Shown here piece after piece: positions 34,426 through 44,077 of a stretch of DNA of 64,000 nucleotides. A program made the position numbers and the translations under genes. Numbering within the stretch: position 1 is the first letter of the stretch; each line of letters opens with the position of its first letter. The notes beneath the pieces are model-generated. The model saw only the letters and a list, made by a program, of their open reading frames with translations, had not been told where the DNA came from and ran no database searches. The stretch is from Bryobacteraceae bacterium (GTDB lineage: Bacteria; Acidobacteriota; Terriglobia; Bryobacterales; Bryobacteraceae). The stretch spans positions 53,075 to 117,074 of the forward strand of contig JBPCOQ010000128.1 in assembly GCA_051000095.1 (NCBI GenBank). The letters run 5' to 3'.

Positions 34426-35331
34426 GTGAGTCCGGACCAACTAGGGAAACGTGTCGCGCTGGCGAGCATGTTCGTGAGCGCTGCCCTGGCGGCTGCCAAG
34501 ATCGTTGTCGGGTTAATGGCCGGTTCCACCGCGGTTGTTTCCGATGGCATCGAGTCCGCGGGCGATGTGCTCGCATCCGGTCTGGTGCTGTTCGGACTGA
34601 TCATCGCATTTAGACCGCCTGACGTCGAGCATCCTTATGGACATGGCAGGGTGGAAACGCTGACGGCGCTCGGCGTGGGCATGTTGCTGATTGTTTCCGG
34701 AGCATTCATCTGTTACGGTTCTGTGGAACGTGCCTATAGTACCGGCCGTCCGCCGGCATTGTTTGCGATCTGGCCACTGATTGGCTCGATCATCGTCAAG
34801 AGCGGCACCTGGTCCTCGAAGCGTTATTACGGCCGCAAGCTCCGCAGCGACGCGCTGACCGCGGATGCCTGGAACGACGCGGTGGACATACTGTCGGGCT
34901 TGACGGCGCTGGTGGCGCTCGGGCTGGCTGTGTCGAACCCAGCCAGGTTTGCCTCCGCCGATCACATCGGGGGATTCGTGGTCGGGCTGATCGTGATCTT
35001 TCTCGGCATTCATGTAGTGCGTGACACGACAATGCAACTGATGGATACCATGCCGGACCCGAACCTCCTCCAGCAGGTTCGGGAGACCGCGCTCAGCGTG
35101 CCCGGAGCTCTCGCCGTAGAGAAGTGCTACGCCCGTAAAACCGGACTCAAGTATCACGTTGACCTGCATCTGGAAGTGGACCCGGCCATGACGGTGCACG
35201 ACTCGCACCAGATCGCAACTCAGGTGCGATCCGGAATCCGCAACAACCTCGATTGGGTTGCGGACGTGCTGGTGCACGTGGAGCCGCACACGCTCGCTAC
35301 AATCGCAGGCAGGACGCATGGGAAATCGTGA
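34426..35331 (+). CDS. Cation diffusion facilitator family transporter
   Basis: Six TM segments, HPYGHGRVE, and a C-terminal cytoplasmic domain of CDF pattern. Confidence 0.82.
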   Translation: MSPDQLGKRVALASMFVSAALAAAKIVVGLMAGSTAVVSDGIESAGDVLASGLVLFGLIIAFRPPDVEHPYGHGRVETLTALGVGMLLIVSGAFICYGSVERAYSTGRPPALFAIWPLIGSIIVKSGTWSSKRYYGRKLRSDALTADAWNDAVDILSGLTALVALGLAVSNPARFASADHIGGFVVGLIVIFLGIHVVRDTTMQLMDTMPDPNLLQQVRETALSVPGALAVEKCYARKTGLKYHVDLHLEVDPAMTVHDSHQIATQVRSGIRNNLDWVADVLVHVEPHTLATIAGRTHGKS

Positions 35332-37048
35332 GATCGCGCGGCTCCTGTATGAGACCGCGGACTTGATGGAGATCGCCGCCGAAGACGGCTTTCGTATTCG
35401 CAGTTACCGCAATGCGGCGGCGGCTATTGAAGGGTACCCGGAGAAGCTAGCCGATATCGTGTGCAATGCCGATCGCAAGGTGACGGAAGTCCCGGGCGTT
35501 GGAAAAGGAATCGCCGCGATTCTCGAAGAGATTTGCCGCCGCGGATCGTTCGACAAGCGCGATCAACTGCTCGCCAAGTATCCTCCCAGCGCGCTCGAGC
35601 TGCTCAAGATCCAAGGGCTCGGGCCCAAGAGCATCGCGCTGCTGTTCGAGCATTTCCGGGTCAGCACCATCGATGATTTGGAGCGAATCTGTAAAGAGCA
35701 GAAATTGCGCGACCTGCCGCGTATGGGCGCGAAGCTGGAGGAAAAGGTACTCCGGTCGATTTCACAATACCGGCAGAGCGCCGGCCGTTACCTGCTGAGC
35801 TTCGGACACCGCGTAGCCGCCGAATTGACTGCGTATCTGTCGCAAACCGCGGGTATCGAGAAGATCACGCCTGCCGGGAGTCTACGGCGCGGCAAGGACA
35901 CGATCGGCGACCTGGACCTGATTGCGACCGGCCCCGGCGCAGAGGCGGCGCTCGAAAGCTTTGTCCAAAACCCGCGCGTGCACGAGGTGCTCGGAAAGGG
36001 TTCGAACAAGGCGAGCGTGCGATTCGGGCTGGAGGGACTGCAGGTGGATCTGCGCGCGCTTGCGCCCGAAAACTACGGCGCGGCCATGCAATATTTCACG
36101 GGCAGCAAAGAGCACAACGTTACTCTACGCAGCCGCGCGCTCAAGCTGGGCATGACGCTGAACGAGTATGGTCTGGTCCGGCTGGAGGATAACACTCGCG
36201 TCGCCGGCGAGACCGAAGAAGGAGTCTACGAAGCACTGGGGCTCCCGTGGATTCCGCCGGAGCTTCGCGAGAACTGCGGCGAGATTGAAGCGGCGCTCGA
36301 AGGCAAGCTGCCCGCCCTGCTTGAGCTATCGCACATCCGTGGCGATCTCCACATGCACACCACAGAAACGGATGGGCGCGCTTCTCTCGAAGAGATGGCG
36401 GAAGCGGCCCGGGCGCTCGGATACGAGTACATCGCGATCACGGACCACTCGAAGGCGCTCGCCATGGCGAATGGGCTCGACGAACAACGGGCCGTGGCGT
36501 TCGCAAAACAGGTGCGTGAGCTGAACCGGAGCGGGCTGGGAATTCGCGTGTTCTCCGGTCTGGAGTGCGACATCCTGCGTGATGGATCGATGGATCTGGC
36601 TGAGGACGCGTTGGCTGAACTCGACCTGGTGGTGGGCAGCGTCCACAGCCTCATGAATATGGAGTCGCGGGAGATGACCGACCGGCTGCTCCGCGCTCTC
36701 GCATCGCCGAACATCCGCATTCTCGGGCATCCCACCGGGCGCATCCTGCTGCACCGCGAAGGGTATCCGTTCGACTTCGACCAAGTGGCCCGGGAAGCTG
36801 TGCGGCGCAATGTCTACCTGGAGATCAATGCCAGCCCGGAGCGGCTCGACTTGGGAGGCGCGATGGTCCGGACAGCGAAAAGCTTGGGCGCGAAGTTCGC
36901 GATCTCGACGGACTCGCACCATCCCAAAAGCCTCGGGTTCAACATGCCCTACGGCGTGACGATGGCGCGCCGCGGATGGCTCAGCCCGTCCGATGTGCTC
37001 AACACGCTGCCCGTCGATCGATTCTCAGAGGCAATCCGAAAGAAATGA
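35318..37048 (+). CDS. polX: Family X DNA polymerase with a PHP domain (PolX)
   Basis: [19 protein letters not shown], HhH motifs, [15 protein letters not shown], and the C-terminal PHP motif GDLHMHT...ITDHS. Confidence 0.88.
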   Translation: MGNREIARLLYETADLMEIAAEDGFRIRSYRNAAAAIEGYPEKLADIVCNADRKVTEVPGVGKGIAAILEEICRRGSFDKRDQLLAKYPPSALELLKIQGLGPKSIALLFEHFRVSTIDDLERICKEQKLRDLPRMGAKLEEKVLRSISQYRQSAGRYLLSFGHRVAAELTAYLSQTAGIEKITPAGSLRRGKDTIGDLDLIATGPGAEAALESFVQNPRVHEVLGKGSNKASVRFGLEGLQVDLRALAPENYGAAMQYFTGSKEHNVTLRSRALKLGMTLNEYGLVRLEDNTRVAGETEEGVYEALGLPWIPPELRENCGEIEAALEGKLPALLELSHIRGDLHMHTTETDGRASLEEMAEAARALGYEYIAITDHSKALAMANGLDEQRAVAFAKQVRELNRSGLGIRVFSGLECDILRDGSMDLAEDALAELDLVVGSVHSLMNMESREMTDRLLRALASPNIRILGHPTGRILLHREGYPFDFDQVAREAVRRNVYLEINASPERLDLGGAMVRTAKSLGAKFAISTDSHHPKSLGFNMPYGVTMARRGWLSPSDVLNTLPVDRFSEAIRKK

Positions 37049-37578
37049 AACTCGTCTCGTCAGTAGAAAAATACAGCAACCCGCTCTTCCGGGTTACCGA
37101 AGATCACGCCGTCGATCCCAGCGGCTTTGAAATCCACCGAGCCATCGTGCAGCACATAGGGTCGGCGGTAATGATGGCCGTGGATGAGCGCAAGCGCATT
37201 CTGCTTGTCAGGCAGTACAGGCTGCCCGCGCGGCAATACCTATGGGAGCTGCCCGCCGGCCGTCTGGACGAAGGCGAAACGCCGCTGCAAGCTGCCAAGC
37301 GCGAGTTGATCGAGGAGACCGGCTACCGCGCCCGCCAGTGGGACAAGCTGGCAGTCTTCTATCCCAGCCCTGGCTACGTGGCCGAGAAGATGACGATCTA
37401 TCTTGCGACCAGTCTGACGGAAGGCGAGTCCGCGCCCATGGAAGACGAGCGCATCGAGGCGCGCTGGTTCGGCGCCAGGGAGTTAGCCGAGTGGATCGAT
37501 AGCGGAAAGATCATCGATGCAAAGACGATGATTGGCTATTTCCACTGGAAGCGCCACTTTGCAAGTAAAAGAGCATAG
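37045..37578 (+). CDS. NUDIX hydrolase (ADP-ribose pyrophosphatase-like)
   Basis: Nudix box GRLDEGETPLQAAKRELIEETGY and an ATGA overlap with polX. Confidence 0.82.
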   Translation: MKLVSSVEKYSNPLFRVTEDHAVDPSGFEIHRAIVQHIGSAVMMAVDERKRILLVRQYRLPARQYLWELPAGRLDEGETPLQAAKRELIEETGYRARQWDKLAVFYPSPGYVAEKMTIYLATSLTEGESAPMEDERIEARWFGARELAEWIDSGKIIDAKTMIGYFHWKRHFASKRA

Positions 37579-38125
37579 CGCGCAAGGCCTGCGTGCGATG
37601 GCTGACCTGTAGCTTTTGTTCGAGCGGCGCTTGGCCGAACGAACAACCGAACAGCGGGTAATAAAAAAGCGGATCGTAGCCGAACCCGTTGGAGCCCGCG
37701 GGCGCTTCGAGTAATTGCCCTTCGATAACACCATGAAATGTGCGTACCAGTTCGCCCGCATTCGCTAGCGCGATCACACAGATAAACCGAGCGGTCCGGT
37801 CGGAGACTCCGCGCATTCGTTCCAGAAGCAGGCGATTGTTGTCGTCGTCAGACGCCCCTGGACCTGCAAAGCGCGCCGAGTAAACGCCGGGCTGCCGATC
37901 GAGCGCATCCACCTCTAAGCCGGAATCATCCGCGAATAAGAAGCCGTCCACCTGTTTTGAGTAATAGGTCGCCTTGAGAATGGCGTTCTCCTCGAACGTT
38001 GCGCCTGTCTCCTCGGGTTGTTCGATCTGATCAAGGTTCGGCATAGCTTGAAGCGAAACACCGCTGCCGTCCAAAGCTAAATAAAATTCACGGAGCTTGC
38101 CGGGGTTGGTGGTAGCGCAATACAC
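37511..38125 (-). CDS. rdgB: RdgB/HAM1 non-canonical purine NTP pyrophosphatase
   Basis: TTNPGKLREF...FADDSGLEVDAL...PGVYSARF...GFGYDPLF...SHRTQAL. Confidence 0.88.
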   Translation of the reverse strand: MYCATTNPGKLREFYLALDGSGVSLQAMPNLDQIEQPEETGATFEENAILKATYYSKQVDGFLFADDSGLEVDALDRQPGVYSARFAGPGASDDDNNRLLLERMRGVSDRTARFICVIALANAGELVRTFHGVIEGQLLEAPAGSNGFGYDPLFYYPLFGCSFGQAPLEQKLQVSHRTQALRAMLFYLQSGASSGNSQSSSLHR

Positions 38126-38140
38126 ATTTACATTCTTAAC

Positions 38141-38167
38141 GTGGAGCAGGTGGTCTTGCCACCTGCT
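38141..38167 (+). repeat. REP-like hairpin (GTGG + agcaggtgg-tcttg-ccacctgct)
   Basis: gtggagcaggtggtcttgccacctgct, at the left edge of the R-M islet. Confidence 0.55.
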
Positions 38168-38668
38168 TTCCTTCAGAGATCGTTGAATTCGCCCCGGTTA
38201 CTCCGCAGCTCATCGGCGCATCTTTCACGAGTAACTCCTTTTTTGGTGAAAGGCACCAAGTCGCTCAAACTACGGCATTAGGGGCCCTAGCTGCGCATCT
38301 GATGAGGTCAAAAGTCACGGAATCTGCAAAGATGCGCAGCAGAGGGTTGGCGCAGTCAAGGACGGACTCACCTATGGTTTGGGTGAAATATTCCGTTATC
38401 AAATAGCGCGCCGGCGGGACGGCTTGCGGGTCCCGAGCGATTTAATTGTACTGGGGGAAGTGCGGGGGCAGAGGGATGAAGGCGTCCAAGGCGTTGAGGA
38501 GGAAGGATGAAATAAATTTCGAGCGATGGTGATGGGTCCGGATTGCTCGCCATAGTTTGCCGCTTCTTGCTGGAGTAGCAAACAACCTGCCCGAACAAGA
38601 CAGCGGCACATGGTTGGATACCGCTACACTGGTCGTTGGGTTGGGCCGTACCTGGCCGATAAGAAGGT

Positions 38669-40333
38669 ATGGCGCCAGGGGGTCCCGTCACACAATGGCA
38701 TCTATTCATGAGACGGGTTGATCTCATCGCCGCGCTACGGACGGAGTACCATCTTATCTCCGCGGCTCTAGGTTTGAACGCCGAGAAAGTACCGGGGCTG
38801 TCAGCGGAAGAGCGGATGCTGACCCGCAACGTTGCAATGCCGCCACGTGAGATCATTGAGCAACTTCGTCGTGAAATTGCTCGCCGGCGCGATCCTCTGG
38901 GTGACGCGTTCACGAATATTCGGGCGGCCGGGCAGCGGCGCGAACGCGGCGCCACGTACACTCCGCATGCAATCGTGAACGCGATGGTAAAGTGGGCGAA
39001 AAAAGCCGGCAATGCACGAGCTGTTGATCCTCAGCGCGTTATCGATCCAGGCGTGGGATCAGGGCGCTTCCTTGTGGCTGCGGGCCGGGAGTTCCCCAAT
39101 GCGGAATTGATCGGCATCGACATTGATCCGCTTGCGGCATTGATGGCACGAGCGCACCTTGCAGCGGCGGGCTGCGCGGAACGGGCGCAAATTCTTGTCG
39201 GTGACTACCGGGAGCTCTTGCTACCTGCCGCGGATGGAAGCACGTTATACATTGGCAACCCGCCTTATGTCCGTCATCACCGCTTGGATGCCCGCTGGAA
39301 ACAGTGGTTAACAACCGAAGCAAACAAGCTCGGTTTCAAAGCCAGTCAGCTCGCGGGCCTCCACGTACATTTCTTTATCGCAACTGTTCTGCAAGCGAAG
39401 GCCGGCGATATGGGTTCATTCATTACCGCGGCTGAATGGCTAGATGTTAACTATGGCCGGCTCGTTCGGGAATTGTTTTTGAATGATCTCGGCGGGCAGA
39501 GTGTCACGATTCTCGAGCCGGCTGCAAAGCCTTTTGCCGATGCGGCGACGACAGCAGTTATCAGCACTTTTGAAATTGGATCGAAGCCCAAGAGTATTCG
39601 TGTAAAGCGCATCCAACATGTTCACGAGCTAGAACCCCTCGCCACGGGCCGGTTGCTTCACCGTAGCCGGCTGGAGATGCAGCCCAGGTGGTCGCGTCTG
39701 ACGCGGAGGATACAGGCTGTGCCGTCCGGCTATGTAGAGCTTGGCGAACTCTGTCGCGTTCACCGCGGTCAAGTGACGGGGGCCAATCGTGTTTGGATTG
39801 CCGGTGAGCACAGCAGGGAATTGCCAACAAGTGTTTTGTTCCGCAGCGTGACGAAAGCGCGCGAGCTGTTCGCGGCCGGAGACACGCTCGCGGACGATTC
39901 GATGCTGCGCGATGTCATTGACCTGCCAATTGATCTCTCGGCGTTCGATAAGGCAGAGCGGCAAACCATTGAGCAGTTTCTGAAATACGCGAAAAAGGCT
40001 GGCGCGGCAGACGGCTATGTCGCGGAAAACCGGCACGTCTGGTGGTCCGTTGGACTCAAAGCTCCAGCGCCAATCCTCGCGACATACATGGCGCGTAGGC
40101 CTCCCGCATTCGTGCGTAATCTTGTGGCCGCACGTCACATCAATATCGCGCATGGACTGTACCCTCGCGACCCGTTGCCCGCGGCGGCGCTCGACCGCTT
40201 GGCTACGTACCTTTCGGATACAACGACTATTCGGGGCGGCCGCACATATGCAGGAGGTCTGACGAAATTCGAACCCCGGGAAATGGAGCGGCTGCTTGTA
40301 CCTGGCCTTGAAGCTCTCATACAGGCAAGCTAA
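38669..40333 (+). CDS. N6-adenine DNA methyltransferase (gamma class, Eco57I/TaqI-like) with a C-terminal target-recognition region
   Basis: Motif I VIDPGVGSGRFL, motif IV IGNPPYV, 554 aa, GAAGG RBS, in-frame TAA 9 nt upstream of the ATG. Confidence 0.82.
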   Translation: MAPGGPVTQWHLFMRRVDLIAALRTEYHLISAALGLNAEKVPGLSAEERMLTRNVAMPPREIIEQLRREIARRRDPLGDAFTNIRAAGQRRERGATYTPHAIVNAMVKWAKKAGNARAVDPQRVIDPGVGSGRFLVAAGREFPNAELIGIDIDPLAALMARAHLAAAGCAERAQILVGDYRELLLPAADGSTLYIGNPPYVRHHRLDARWKQWLTTEANKLGFKASQLAGLHVHFFIATVLQAKAGDMGSFITAAEWLDVNYGRLVRELFLNDLGGQSVTILEPAAKPFADAATTAVISTFEIGSKPKSIRVKRIQHVHELEPLATGRLLHRSRLEMQPRWSRLTRRIQAVPSGYVELGELCRVHRGQVTGANRVWIAGEHSRELPTSVLFRSVTKARELFAAGDTLADDSMLRDVIDLPIDLSAFDKAERQTIEQFLKYAKKAGAADGYVAENRHVWWSVGLKAPAPILATYMARRPPAFVRNLVAARHINIAHGLYPRDPLPAAALDRLATYLSDTTTIRGGRTYAGGLTKFEPREMERLLVPGLEALIQAS

Positions 40334-40336
40334 ACG

Positions 40337-41271
40337 ATGCTCGCGCCGCCGGTATGGACCGAGAAACAACTCTGGAGGGATCTCAATCGGTCAAAAGATC
40401 TGTTTCGAAAACAGCGGATGCTAGAGCCGCTTGATGCTTACCTCAAAGCATTCGATCATTTCCAGGGCTCGGTCGAAAACCTGTTTGAAACGAGTGTCGA
40501 TCTTACCGGCCTGAAGGCCACAGCAATTGACATCCTCACCAATCATCAGCTTCTCGCCGCGTTCCGCTATTTGGCTGGTCCGCCACTATCGGCTGATGAC
40601 CTGGAGACCTTAAGCGAAGCGTCGCTCAGCCGAAAGCAGTTAGAAAACGACCCGGAGATGGTGCAGCGCGTGGTAGAAATTGTACGCATGGGATTGGACC
40701 GGCGCCGGTTTCCGTGGGTGCCGGAAAACCGTGAGCCCACCGAACGGGAGCGGGCGGCGGCTGTGCTCGCCTCCGCCGCTATGATGGCGCACAGCCGGGT
40801 CGGCACGCTTCGCCGGATCAAGGGAAAAAGGAGCAGGAGGAGATCTTGGAAAATTCGATGCTGAAGGCGGGTCTTAAGAAAATTCCCGCCCGCTCGATCC
40901 CGACGTTAAACCAAGCGCCTGCGCCCGGCGAATTCTGCCGCGAAAGCATTCTCGGGCCACATAAGAAAAGCGAGCGGCTCAAGGGCAGAAAAGCCGATAT
41001 ACTCATCGGTTTCTGGGACAACAGGATCATGCCGATTGAATGCAAAGTCTCGAATTCGGCCGTGAACTCGGTAAAGCGGCTCAACAATGATGCCGCGGTT
41101 AAAGCTGAGACGTGGGTGCGAGATTTTGGTCAGATTCAGGTTGTGCCCACGGCCGTGCTGAGCGGCGTGTATAAGCTGCACAATCTTGTGAACGCACAGC
41201 AACGCGGGCTGACTCTGTTTTGGGTTCACAATCTCAGAGCATTAGTTAATTGGATTGAAGCGACCCGTTAG
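40337..41271 (+). pseudogene. Type II restriction endonuclease (PD-(D/E)xK; XamI-family-like as recalled) split by a frameshift
   Basis: ORF1 (40337-40864) ends in junk-like IKGKRSRRRSWKIRC. The other frame reads DQGKKEQEEILENSMLKAGL... through to 41271 and carries the D-x(n)-ECK catalytic-like motif (ADILIGFWDNRIMPIECK). Confidence 0.55.
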
Positions 41272-41555
41272 GCGATGCAACGGTTGGCCGGCGCAGACGC
41301 CCCCTCTAGAAGTTACCAATTACCTAAGCTTCTCAATGCCCGCCGGAATGACGCAGGATTTCTAACCCCAAAAACAGCAGTTGGGGTTCGCCAAATCAGT
41401 TTCAGCGTATGCATCGGAAGGCGATCAGGCCAGGCCTAGCCGACAGGCGACCCAAACTGACCGCCTATTCCACGGTGCCACCACGAGCTACGAGCTATTT
41501 TCGAGACAAAGCAATGTCCCACAGTTGGCACGGTTGTAGCCAAATACCGTTTAGG

Positions 41556-42350
41556 TTATCTCGTTGCCCGTCTCCTGAACCGCCGTGCCAGGCCAATGGC
41601 GCACAAACCCGCCCCGAGCATCCCAATCGACCCAGGTTCCGGCACCGCCGGTCCACCTGGGTCCGTGGCGATGAACGACAGATTGTCGGCGTATCCATCA
41701 TCCTGATGCCCGTCGATTCCGGTCAGCACCAGCTTGAAATCGATAGTGCGCGTTCCCATGGGGATCAACCCGGTCGCGCTTCTTGGGAACAGTCCGGTCA
41801 CGCTGTACCCAACATTCGGGTCAAAGCGGTCCGCGAGCAGAACAGGTCCGATGGTTGTGCTGCCCAGGCTAGCCATGCCGGCGTTCTCAAATATCGCAGT
41901 GAACATGGCGTTGTCCCGCTGGTCGAAATAGCCGCCCAGGTAGGCGCTTAACGTATAAGGAACCAGGCCGGTATCGATCAACCCCGCCACATTCGAGACA
42001 TCCTGGAGCTGCTCTCCGATCGACAGAAACGCGGGAGCGTCCGGATTGGGATTCGTACCGCCGGCGAAGAGATTCACACCGCGGTTCACCGGTCCTGGAT
42101 CCGTGAGCCGGGGCACTGACATCGGGAGCGTGGTGTACTGGACCGCCGTGAAGTTTCCAGCCGTGGTTGTCCAGTTTGGCACCGGCTCGACAATGTTGTT
42201 GGTTGGGGCTCCGAGTCCCGCCTCAGCGCCCGGATTTTGAATGAGGTTGACGCCGAATAGGAGTGCCGCTTGAGCGCTGTCGCACGTAAAGAAAGCAAGC
42301 GCGAACACGGAAGGAATCACGAAAGCGAGTTTTCGATTTATCAAAGCCAT
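41556..42350 (-). CDS. PEP-CTERM sorting-domain protein
   Basis: Signal peptide and the C-terminal VPEPGSIGMLGAGLCAIGLARRFRRR (PEP-CTERM motif, TM segment, basic tail). Confidence 0.78.
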   Translation of the reverse strand: MALINRKLAFVIPSVFALAFFTCDSAQAALLFGVNLIQNPGAEAGLGAPTNNIVEPVPNWTTTAGNFTAVQYTTLPMSVPRLTDPGPVNRGVNLFAGGTNPNPDAPAFLSIGEQLQDVSNVAGLIDTGLVPYTLSAYLGGYFDQRDNAMFTAIFENAGMASLGSTTIGPVLLADRFDPNVGYSVTGLFPRSATGLIPMGTRTIDFKLVLTGIDGHQDDGYADNLSFIATDPGGPAVPEPGSIGMLGAGLCAIGLARRFRRRATR

Positions 42351-42617
42351 TCTCCCCGAATGTCAATGCTATGGCACGTGCAGCGTGGGCGCGATAGGCA
42401 TTTGATCCTACAAGTACCCTTACTCGCGGAGTTTTCGATTACAGATTGTCTCGGATATTACCGTGGTATGGTGCGGTCTATAGGCGACGGATGGCGTCAG
42501 CTTATGTCGAATGCATACAACGGTTTTGAGCGATGTATCTTTTCGCCGGCACTCCGTGTGAGCGCGTTGCATACTCAACCGAAATACCTGCTCGGAAATA
42601 GTACCAAGCAGCTCGCT

Positions 42618-43955
42618 CTACGGGGTATGGCGCAAGAATGTTTGCTTGCCCAGCTCCAGATGCAAACGAAGACTTGAAATCCAGACCGGCCCGCGATCCT
42701 GGTTGTAGGCCGGGTTGGCAACATGCTGAAGGTCGAAAGTGGTCCAGAATCCGGGGAACAGACGAGCGGTGTAGTAGCTCTCCCAGATGGTTTCGGAAGC
42801 ATACCGCAGCGCGCCATCACCGATCAGGAAATCGAGGCCGCCGCGCGCCAGATAAACCGCATGCACACCCGAGATACCACTGACTGTCAGCCCCGTCGCA
42901 ACCGTATCGGAGGGGCGCTTCCAGCGAGTGCCTGTAATCGACAGACCGCCTTGCGCAAGCCGGTCGATGGCTGTGAAGGCGAAGCTTTCTGTTTTCCCAT
43001 CGTTCCAGCCGAGCCGGCCAAAAACTCCGACGTCCTTACTTAACTCCTGTTCCACGCTAAGGCCACTCCCATACTTGAAGGTTCCGTTCCGGCGAGTGGC
43101 CGTGACGTCGGGGACACCACCGGCCTGATCGCTCAATGCGATCGCTTCACTGTATGTGCCCGACCGCGTATGAAGAAGAAAGCCCAGCAGCCGGACAGCA
43201 CCCGGATGCGAGCCGAGCGAGTAGCGCGCTTCGCCTTCAAACATGTCGGCCCGATTGCGAAACAAGCGCCGGTCGAATCGAAGGCCGTTCGCAAACTGGG
43301 GTTCCGCCGCGCTGGCATACCGGAGAGACCAGTGGCGCGCATGAAACTCGTGCATCCAACCCCAGGTGTATCCGCGCGTATCCGCTGGGTAATCCCAGGC
43401 GCCGTTGAACATGATGGCCCAGCCCATAAACTGCGTTCGCGGGTCGTGCGTGTAGCGGTTGTTGTCGAAGAAATCGGTCACGGTAAACCGCCCCACGGTG
43501 ACGCTGTAGCGGGTCATTGGCCGCGAGCCGGCAAGCTGGTTCTCCGCGGTGTCGAAGCTCTCGCGTTCGGCGCCGAATCCGAAATCCCGGGTTACGTAAG
43601 CGCGCGCCAGATACGGCTTGGGAGCCGCCGACGCAACCCGCGGCAATTCGCCATTCGAGAAATTCGCCAGCCCGGTCACTCCGCTAAACCCGCGGCCGCC
43701 CGCGATCTCCGGATCGATGTACACCTGCGTGTTGGCTCCAAGCCGGAAGCCGAGAAACAGCGTGGTGGTGAGCGAAACATCACGCTCCGGGGAAGCGTGC
43801 AGGCTGTTCACTCCCTGGTAGGGTGAGCGGAAAGCTCCATGGTACTGGCCAATCGAAGTCGCCTGATAAAACAGGTTCCAACGCTCTTGGGCGAGCCCGG
43901 CGGATGCACAAGCTAGCGCCACGAAGGTGGCACAGGTTTTCGAGCCCAATGTCAC
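42618..43955 (-). CDS. Carbohydrate-selective porin, OprB family
   Basis: WNLFYQATSIGQYHGAFRSPYQGVNSL...LFLGFRL is the typical OprB N-terminal pattern. The rest looks beta-barrel-like and ends in an aromatic-rich segment. Confidence 0.68.
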   Translation of the reverse strand: MTLGSKTCATFVALACASAGLAQERWNLFYQATSIGQYHGAFRSPYQGVNSLHASPERDVSLTTTLFLGFRLGANTQVYIDPEIAGGRGFSGVTGLANFSNGELPRVASAAPKPYLARAYVTRDFGFGAERESFDTAENQLAGSRPMTRYSVTVGRFTVTDFFDNNRYTHDPRTQFMGWAIMFNGAWDYPADTRGYTWGWMHEFHARHWSLRYASAAEPQFANGLRFDRRLFRNRADMFEGEARYSLGSHPGAVRLLGFLLHTRSGTYSEAIALSDQAGGVPDVTATRRNGTFKYGSGLSVEQELSKDVGVFGRLGWNDGKTESFAFTAIDRLAQGGLSITGTRWKRPSDTVATGLTVSGISGVHAVYLARGGLDFLIGDGALRYASETIWESYYTARLFPGFWTTFDLQHVANPAYNQDRGPVWISSLRLHLELGKQTFLRHTP

Positions 43956-43975
43956 TTACTTTTCTGCATCGCGGA

Positions 43976-44038
43976 GTGGAACAGGCGCTTTCGCCTGTTC
44001 TCCAAAAAAAACACGAACAGGCGAACCGCCTGTTCCAC
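43976..44038. repeat. Inverted doublet of type B REP-like units (REPIN-like)
   Basis: GTGGAACAGGCGCTTTCGCCTGTTC - tccaaaaaaaacac - GAACAGGCGAACCGCCTGTTCCAC. Confidence 0.7.
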
Positions 44039-44077
44039 TCTGGAAGTTGCATTGAGGCACTTTGCCTGTGTTCCCCA

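Noticed and set aside
33108-34604. Long antisense ORFs opposite well-supported genes. Examples are 33108..34604(-) opposite deoB, 15594..16490(-), 34513..35319(-), 52658..53770(-), 45247..46125(-), 3514..4341(-), 4017..4940(+), 16574..17419(-) and 8570..9457(-).
   Set aside because: These are high-GC shadow ORFs. Their translations are Arg/Pro/Gly/Ala-rich with no motifs, and the opposite strand carries clear family signatures.
38368-39012. A 214-aa ORF on the minus strand upstream of, and overlapping, the methyltransferase.
   Set aside because: It runs antisense to the well-supported methylase N-terminus, has an Arg/Ser/Pro-rich composition and carries no motif.
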